A program made the translations under genes and the position numbers. From the human T2T-CHM13v2.0 reference genome, Homo sapiens, in assembly GCF_009914755.1 (NCBI RefSeq), contig NC_060928.1: a DNA stretch of 64,000 bases; one strand, written 5' to 3'. Position 1 is the first letter of the stretch, and every line of letters begins with the position of its first letter. Positions 54,285 through 64,000 of the stretch are shown piece by piece. The notes beneath the pieces are model-generated. The model saw nothing but the letters and a program-made list of their open reading frames with translations. It was not told the DNA's origin and made no database searches.

Positions 54285-54522
54285 ACCAGCCTGGACAACA
54301 TGGCAAGACCCTGTCTCTACAAAAATACAAAAATCATCCAGGCATGTTAGCTCATACCTGTAGTCCCAGCTACTTGGGGGCTGAGGTGGGAGGATTGCTT
54401 GAGCCCAGGAGGTTGAGGCTGCAGTGAGCCTTGATTGGACCACTACACTCTGCACTTGCTCCAGGGTGGATGACAGAGCAAGCCCCTTTCTCAAAAACAA
54501 ACAAACAAACAAAAACAAACAA
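54285..54522 (+). mobile_element. 5'-truncated AluJ with (AAAC)n tail
   Basis: accagcctggacaacatggcaagacc... tail repeat. Confidence 0.85.
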
Positions 54523-54569
54523 TGAACATTCTGAAAAAGAATATTAGGAGGGCAAGGGGATTTACCTTA

Positions 54570-54980
<411 letters not shown>

Positions 54981-57246
54981 CAACCAGTCATAGCAAGCCG
55001 GAGCAGTGGAAATAGGAGAAACTCTTTAAAACATGGTTCTGCACAAAATGATTATATGTATGACAAAAAAGGAATTTGTATACTGCCTCACACCCTATGC
55101 AGATATTAACTACAGACAGATCAAGTACTGAAAAACCATAAGTAAAATTTTACAAATCTTTGTAGAATATAAGTTAATATTTTTTATGATATTAAGGAAG
55201 GGCGGAACATCTTAAACTAGAAACAAAAAGGTCTAACTATAAAAGATTGGTAAATTTGACTATATTAAAAATTAAATTTGTGCTCATCAAAACACACCAC
55301 AAAGCAGCAAACAGGCCAGTTACAAATGGGAAAACGATATTTGCAAAAAATATAACCAAAAATAACAAAGAAAATATAACACTCCTGCAGATCAAGAAGA
55401 AAAAGATAATCAAGTAGAAAAATAAGCAAGAGACATGAACAGGAATTCCACAGAAGAGGAACCCGGGTGGTCAATAAACATATGAAGAGATAGTCGCCTT
55501 CATTAGTGGTCAGGGAAAGCATATTAAAACCATATACCATTTTATACCAAGTGTGAGGAAGACAATGGATCCACAGGATGTTCTTTACTTTGCTGGTGGG
55601 AGCGTAAACTGGATCAACCACTTTGGGAAGGAATTTGGCATTGCCACGTGAAGATGAATATTCATATACCCTAACCATTCTAATCCTGGATTACTACCCA
55701 AAAGAAACTTTCACATGCACAGCAAAGAACTTGTGCAAGAATGTTCATAGCACTACTGTTTGTAACAGTGAAAATATTGAAACAAACCAAATGCCCACCA
55801 CAAGATAGGATAACTTGTGGTCTACTAACTTGACAGAATATTAGCGAACCTAAAAACAGATGAATTATAGCGACGTCCAACAGTATAGATGGATCTTAGC
55901 AGTCTAATGTTGAGTTAAAAAAAAAATTGCAAAAGAGTAAAGTCAACTTCATATTTCTTTTTTTCATATTTCTAAGTTAAAAAAATGAAAAATATGTATT
56001 CTGTAGTAATATATCAAGCTATTTTTAAAAATTCAAGAAAATAAGAAACAAGATTTAGGGTGATGGGAGGCCCAGAGACAGGAAGAAGGGCCACATACAT
56101 AAATGTTAGTTATTCTCAAAGCTCTAGTCCTCGTGTTGAATGATGGGTTCATTGATGTAAAAATAATGAAAAGAAAATGAAAAAATAAATTAATACAAAA
56201 GGGATAAGAAGATCTTTGAGCAGAAAAGTTACCTGAGAACAAGGTCTGTATTCTTATGCATTTTTTGTACCTCCAGTATCTGGGATATCTTAAAATAGTG
56301 ATTTTCTTTAAATCATGACAGTACTTTCAGGAAAAAAGTCTAGCTGATTTCCTACTTTTTCAAACCTAGCAGTTATATGAGATTTGAAATATATAGTAAG
56401 ATATGCCTGCCATGAAATAAGCAGTGTTTTGGTCAAATTTGTCAATGTGAAATTTAGAAGTTATTCATTCTAACTAGGAGCCAGGAGCTCTGTCCTTATA
56501 GTTTATCAGCAATTCAGAAGACAACACCTTAAAACTCTCAGCTGTCTTTTTAAAAGTCTCTCTCAGAGAGAACGCACAGTAATATTAAGAAGCAGTCTTT
56601 TGGAGTCTATATGTTGTATTTGATAATCCAAGTGGAGAAAGTTTAAAAGAACATAAATTTAGGGAAAACTTTCTGAAGTCTTGCAGCTTTGATGAATTTT
56701 AGATTCCTTTCTTGCTAGTGTCAAGTGATATGAGGAAATATGGAAAATTCAGTGATCTTGAATTGAGACTCTGAACTACTAACTTTGATAGGTCTCTGGG
56801 GATAGAAATGAGAACAGACTGAAACCTGTTGGCCCCCGCCCTCTTGGTGTCTGTGCTCACATTCCTGATCCTGTACCTCAACTAACTGTACAACATAGCA
56901 TGAAAATTTGCTTTTGAAAGTACAAGTGACCATGCAACATTAATTTTCATTGTTGCTGTGGTAAAGGGCAGAGTGCCCCCATTTTCACAATCAACAGCCC
57001 TAAAAAATGAATGACTCAGGGAAACTTTATAAGAAGATGTTGCCTGCCTCCCAGATATTTCCAAAAATATTCTTGAAGAAAGAGGACATTGTTATTGTCT
57101 GTGTTGAAACAGAGAAAGTCATTTTTATTTCTCAACAAACAATGTAGAAGGGAAGAGAAATGTTCTTTGTTAAGATTAGGCATCTTGGGAAGTGAACATT
57201 CATAGATTTGGTGCTGATAAAATGAAATCCATGACTTCATACATTC

Positions 57247-57562
<316 letters not shown>

Positions 57563-58126
57563 GACTTCATACATTCTTTTGTTAATCTAAAATTTTATCA
57601 CGTTGAACATTGCTTAAAGTGAGCCATTGGCTAAGCTAAATAACTTTTCTGTTTCATGGAATTTTATTATCGTATTATATGTTATAAAGAAATTTTGCCT
57701 GTTTCTTAAAAGCAAAACATTCTTAGAAACTCTAGAAAAATCCTACATCTGTGTTTACAGGTTGATGACTTATAGATGATCAAGTTTTATTTTTACTAAA
57801 AGCTTAAAAATGAAATCTTGTATGGCTTTTATGGTATTGATAACAACAGGGAATCTCTTTGTTTTATGCCACATACCTAAAGTGCATTTCCCTTCTCTTA
57901 CCTTGAGCTACTCTTAGAAAAATATGTTATCAAAGAGGAATTTGGGGAAGAATAAACACTGGGATTTTTATTGTAGTTTGAAATACAAAGAGAAAGAGAC
58001 TTTAAGACAAAGAGAAAGAGACTTTTCCAATTAGCAGAGAGAGAAGCACCCATAGATCTTTAGCTACTGGAAGTGTTTATTCCTGCAAATGTGCGTTCAT
58101 GTCCTGCCTCATGTTTGCCTCATTAG

Positions 58127-58275
58127 GATGATTCTTCCCCCGACCCAGAGATCTGGATTCAGTTAAATTATCTGCCCTCATATGGTACTCTCTTAAGAAT
58201 CTCAGGATCTGAGGTGGAAGAGCTCTCAGAAGTTTCCAATTTCACAATGGAAGACATCAATAACAAGAAAATCAG
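58127..58275 (+). CDS. FRAS1: FRAS1 coding exon (149 nt, phase 0->2): DDSSPDPEIWIQ...FTMEDINNKKI(R)
   Basis: cattag|GAT acceptor, CAG|gtacat donor; PSYGTL and FTMEDIN motifs. Confidence 0.95.
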
Positions 58276-58458
58276 GTACATAATCACTTTGTATTATTTG
58301 ACAGATTCTTAAAAACTTGTATGAAAATATTTCAGCAACTGGTTGTAGCTCTGTTGAAAGAATATATTGGTTTGGCCCCATTTTTAAACAAAGATGCTGC
58401 TGTCTTACCTGGCTTGTCATCGTGGCTTATTCATTTGATTCTTTTTGTTTTTTTATAG

Positions 58459-58621
58459 ATACTCAGCTGTGTTTGAAACTGATGGTCATCTGGTTACTGA
58501 TAGCTTCTATTTCTCTGTCTCTGACATGGACCACAACCATCTGGATAATCAGATATTTACCATCATGATCACTCCTGCTGAAAATCCACCTCCAGTCATT
58601 GCTTTTGCTGACCTTATCACG
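58459..58621 (+). CDS. FRAS1: FRAS1 coding exon (163 nt, phase 2->0): (R)YSAVFETDG...AFADLIT
   Basis: ttttatag|A acceptor, ACG|gtaaac donor; DSFYFSVSD motif. Confidence 0.96.
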
Positions 58622-59209
58622 GTAAACAATTCTCAGATCAATAAACAGTGAGTACTATAGAGAGCTGGAATCCGTAGTAATGTAAATGAAGGATTTCTGC
58701 CTAAATTGGCTGCCAAATATTTCCCCCAAAATATCCAGGCAGCGGTATGAAGATATGCATGGTTTTCAATCATGAGTGTTTTTTTAAGTATGAAAATAAA
58801 TATGCAGAAGATCAAATCATTATATCTGCATTATTTAGTCTACAAATATTTATGTGCTAGCCACCATGCTAAATGTTGTTAGTACTGGGAATAAAAATAG
58901 AAAAATATTATATCTTTGAGGAGTTTACAATCTAATATTGGCAGCAACTAAAACTTGGACAATGACCCCAAATCACTCCTTAAATCAAGTCAGTACTTAG
59001 CACTGTAAACAATATTGACGGTTCCTTTGTGGGCAGAGCAATACAATGCATTCTGATCATTGAATACCCAGACATCAGTTCAAGTGCCAGTTCTGTGACT
59101 CATCAGCTGAGTGACCTTGGGCCGTACACTTAATCTTTCTTTGCCTCAACTTCCTTGTCTTTTATATTTTTATTTATTTTATGTTTTGTTTCCTTGTCTT
59201 TTTTAATTC

Positions 59210-59351
59210 TCTTATTTATTTTTATTTATTTTTAAGAGAGGAGGTTTCACTGTGTTGCCCAGGCTGAACTGGCAACTCTTGGGCTCAAGCAATCCTCCCC
59301 GCTCAGCCTCCCTAGTAAGTGAGACTATGGACCTGTAGTCCCATACCTGGC
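59210..59351 (-). mobile_element. FLAM/AluJ monomer within a MIR
   Basis: tgttgcccaggctg...gggctcaagcaatcctcc; flanks cttgtcttt. Confidence 0.75.
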
Positions 59352-59575
59352 TCTTGTCTTTAAAATATTATCATTTTCTACTACATAAAGAATTTCTCTA
59401 ATGATTAATAAAATAGTATGGAAACCCCCTAGTGCAGTACCCAGTTCATGGTAGGGATTCCACAGAAGTTAATTCACTTTCCTCCCTGCTCTATGTACAT
59501 ACCATAATGCCAAAAGCTCAGGAATTTTTCTGGTTTTGTTGAGCAACTGAAAATTCATAAAACTAAGTCATTTCT

Positions 59576-59888
<313 letters not shown>

Positions 59889-60718
59889 AAACTAAGTCAT
59901 TTCTAAGTGGTTCTGATATTCCTCCCATTTTTCCATTTTTACATAAAACCTTGGAAAAGCCATTTGGACTGTCCCCATTCCCAGAGTCAGAGTGACCTTC
60001 CCCTTTGTAATTTATAGATCTTCCTACAGTTAGCCAAGAGTTGTTCAGGGTGAAATTGCTTGACCATCTCCAGCAGGCTAGAGAAAAACACCAGGCTCAG
60101 ATTGTGGGGTTAGCATACAAAATAGAGCTCTAAAGGAAAAAAAAATAGTTTGAGCAACTGCTTTTACTTATAGTGATTTATTTTCTTCCTTGACATTAAG
60201 ATAAGCACTAGCTTTCAGATATGGTGAACCTTTCTTGCTACACACCTATAAATATATAATATAAGAGAATAAACAGGACTTTTATTCTGGATGAGAATGC
60301 CTATAGGACACAGTCACCCTCACAGTATCCGCAGGAGAACTGGATCTATCATTCTCTAGCTGTGGGCTTTTGAATGTTGATGTGGAAGGAAGGCAGCCAT
60401 CCTGGCAGGCAGCTGAACCGAGGTGGGTGATTAGAATGGGCTAGAGCTTCTTTATAACCAGATCCATCATTGAATGGAGTGCAACTTTGAAGGGAGATAC
60501 AGAAGTCATCATGTCTGACTGTAGCTTTGAGAGGCACTGAAAGATTGCCTGGCTTCAGCAGCATACACATTCCTCATCTCGTCTGTAGATGGTCTGCCTC
60601 CTCAAAGAAGCAGAATTGGTGCTAGAAGGTCACCCAGGCAGCACTTTGCAATCCAGCTCTTTTTTTACTGTGGTTATGTGAAATCACCAAGGACTCTCTA
60701 TGTTCTTTTCTTTCTTAG

Positions 60719-60854
60719 GTTGATGAGGGAGGGAGAGCACCACTCTCATTTCACCATTTTTTTGCTACTGATGATGATGACAACCTCCAGAGAGATGCCA
60801 TCATTAAACTAAGTGCTCTGCCCAAATATGGCTGCATTGAGAACACAGGAACAG
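60719..60854 (+). CDS. FRAS1: FRAS1 coding exon (136 nt, phase 0->1): VDEGGRAPLSF...KYGCIENTGT(G)
   Basis: tttcttag|GTT acceptor, CAG|gtacta donor; VDEGG and PKYG motifs. Confidence 0.95.
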
Positions 60855-60994
60855 GTACTACTTCCTGTAAAACTGTTAAGGACCTTGAGAGAAGGGAGGG
60901 GAGAGGGAGGAGGACCTTGCTTCCAGCTAAAGATGGAGATGGAGAACTACAGAGGAGGGGAACCATTTCAAAGAAATGGAAGGAAGGTAGGAAG

Positions 60995-61260
60995 GTTTCA
61001 TTCATTCAACAAAAATTTAATGAGCATTTTCTGTGTGCGGGGAACTTATTTAATTAAGCACTAGGGATGTATCAACAGACAAAACCCCCTCCCTTCACAG
61101 TGCCTTCAATTCTGGTGGGGGGGTGAGAGACAAATTAAAAACCTAATAAATGAGAAGATTGAGTACGATGTTAGAAGGTGAATAAATATTATGGAAAAAA
61201 TAGAGCAGGGGAAGGGGATTTGGAATGCCAGCAATGGGGCAGAAGGGCTTGTGGATTACA
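60995..61260. mobile_element. L2a 3' fragment (further L2 about 61790-62100)
   Basis: ttcattcattcaacaaa...tgagcatttt. Confidence 0.7.
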
Positions 61261-62265
61261 CTCAGAAATGAGTGTCCAGGAAGTAAAAATTCCTGTCCTT
61301 TTATTATGAGGCAGCTGCAGTTTAGCTGAACCATAGCTTCTGTCTCAGCTCCTTCTACATATATGATATGAATTAAAATGCAAGCTTGTCTATCTGTGAC
61401 ACTCTCTTCCACAGCCCTCCCCTCCACCATCTGCCCTGAACACTCTGGTGGTTATCACAGAGAAGGAAAGGCAAGAAGGGATGTACTGTCCATGGCCCCC
61501 TGAGACCTTCTGTGACTGGCAATTGAGACAGCTCATGGCAGGTTGCTGTGCGGCTTTCCCTGCACGGAGCTGCCTGAGCACCAGCACTGGGCTCTAATTG
61601 GTGTGCAGCTAGCAGCTCCCATGGAGAGTCCATTGACTGCAGGTGTCTGGGGCCAGCATGGGGCCTGGGATTTCAGCCTGGTAACCAGAAATTCACTTAG
61701 CAGTGGTCATGTTTTCCTACAGAAGTTTTGGATCCTTTTCCCATCTTTCCTTTCAATGTGTGCCTTAGATCTGTTTATTGCAGAATTAGGTTTATTTCAA
61801 CAAATGTTTGTGCTAGATAAAGTGGATGTAAGGATAAGACACAGACTCATGTGCCTTGAGTGGGAGACAGATAGGAAGACTGACAAATTACAATAAATGC
61901 AAAATGCCAGGACAGGGAAAGGAGCAAAGCACTGAGACAGTAAGTAGGACAAAGCAATGGCTTTTGCCTGGGAAGGCAGAAAAGTCTGAGAAAGTGGCAT
62001 TTGAGTTGGAACCTGAAGGGCTAGTAGGAATCACCCTGGGCAGAGGGAAAGTGGCCTTTCTTGCAGAAGGAAGCTCATAGGCAAAGGTGAGAAATGAAAG
62101 GATATCTACCCCAAACACCCCTTCTCTCTGCGTGGTTTCTTATTAAGCCTTCCTAACATGGTTTTATGTCAACCTGGAATACATGGAGGTGCAGAGATAC
62201 TCCATAGAGAGGACTATTCCCTGGCTAAGAAGTCAAATTTCTGGCAAGCTTCAGCCTCTCTAAAA

Positions 62266-62457
62266 AGTGGTTCTCAAACTTTAAGGTGCAGTGGAATCAC
62301 CTGGAGGGTTGAAAGTGTTGTGAAACAGTTTCCTGGAGCAGCAACCCCAGAGTTCCTGTTTTAGGAGGTTGGTGTGGGCCTGTGAATCTGCATTTCTCAT
62401 TAGCTCACAGGTGATGCCATTGCTGCTGGCCCAAGGACCACACTTAGAGAACTGCTG
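62266..62457. mobile_element. MER5A hAT MITE
   Basis: agtggttctcaaactt...gagaactgctg; 8-bp TSD ctcta(a/c)aa. Confidence 0.88.
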
Positions 62458-62622
62458 CTCTACAATAATATTGGTATAAATGTGAAAGGAACAAAAAAGC
62501 ATTTAGGAGGGCAAAATAATTGTCACAAGGTATATTAACTAAAGACCCCATCTCTTGCCCCATGGAAGAGGCTCCTCCGCCTCTGTTTAGAGCTGAGTGT
62601 GACTTATGTATAAGAAACTAGC

Positions 62623-62936
<314 letters not shown>

Positions 62937-63387
62937 CTAAATTCAGAACCTAGCTGATCAGAAAAACATCTTTTTAAAAACTGTTAAAAGAACCAGCTTT
63001 TACTTTTCACCAAGAAAAGAAAGAATAATTGTTTTGTTAGGTATGAAATCTAATGGCATGGAGCCTGAATTCATTCAGGACTGGCACAGACAAGACAGGA
63101 CCCACCTTGATTCCCTCTGGGTATCACTATATTCCAGTGCTATGCAGTGATGGATGTTCACAATGATCGCCTGTGCGCATCAACACCTATTTAATTTGCA
63201 CATCATATGTTCTGTTTAAGAAAGCAGGTAGCACATTAATAAGAATGATTTATGTCAAAAATAGAAGGTAATGTTTTTTAAATGTAAAGGATTGGAGCTT
63301 AAAGCTTCAGTGACAGATTCACTTGTTTAATAGCTTGTTCTCCAGTGATTTAAAATGAGGCACTATTATATTTGTGTATATTTTTAG

Positions 63388-63710
<323 letters not shown>

Positions 63711-64000
63711 ACTACTTGGGCCATTTTTGACTCAAATAAAGAAGCCACATTTCTCCTGTTTAGAGTGATAAATTTAAGAAAAAAGTAAAAATTGGAAGGA
63801 ATTTTAGCCGTTCCTTCTGGAAACCCTGAACTGTATAGCCTAATGATTATTGGGTCACTGGCCGCTTAGACCTCTCTCAGCTTCTGTTGCCTAGAGGAAT
63901 AAAATCTGAGGGGTAAAATTTAAGAAAATTCATGTTATTGAAGAAAAAAAAATGGTGTTGAGCTCTTCTTTCAAATGAATTCTAATAAATATGACACTGT

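Noticed and set aside
58276-58458. 183-nt intron (multiple of 3) as a coding retained intron
   Set aside because: Read-through meets an in-frame TAA after 12 codons.

Overview
Human genomic DNA (Alu/L1/MIR/L2/MaLR-rich, with human-specific AluYb elements) lying entirely inside FRAS1 on the + strand. Fourteen internal GT-AG coding exons (2,102 nt in total, probably about exons 28-41 from recalled numbering) splice into one continuous reading frame encoding the CSPG/NG2-type cadherin-like repeat region, from KGYLFLKISDQQFFSEPQ to KYGCIENTGT. The rest is intron, dominated by transposon relics. I see no new gene system. The most unusual unexplained structure is a nested quasi-palindrome flanked by perfect 47-bp direct repeats, with a second inverted repeat next to it (1292-1779). 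Also notable: two near-identical young AluYb copies bracketing an in-frame two-exon block, an A-free (TG)n tract plus tandem acceptor at one exon, a perfect 103-bp tandem duplication, a 5'-inverted L1PB insertion and a templated intra-L1 insertion. Repeat subfamily names and the gene name come from recalled consensus/protein sequences, not from a database search.
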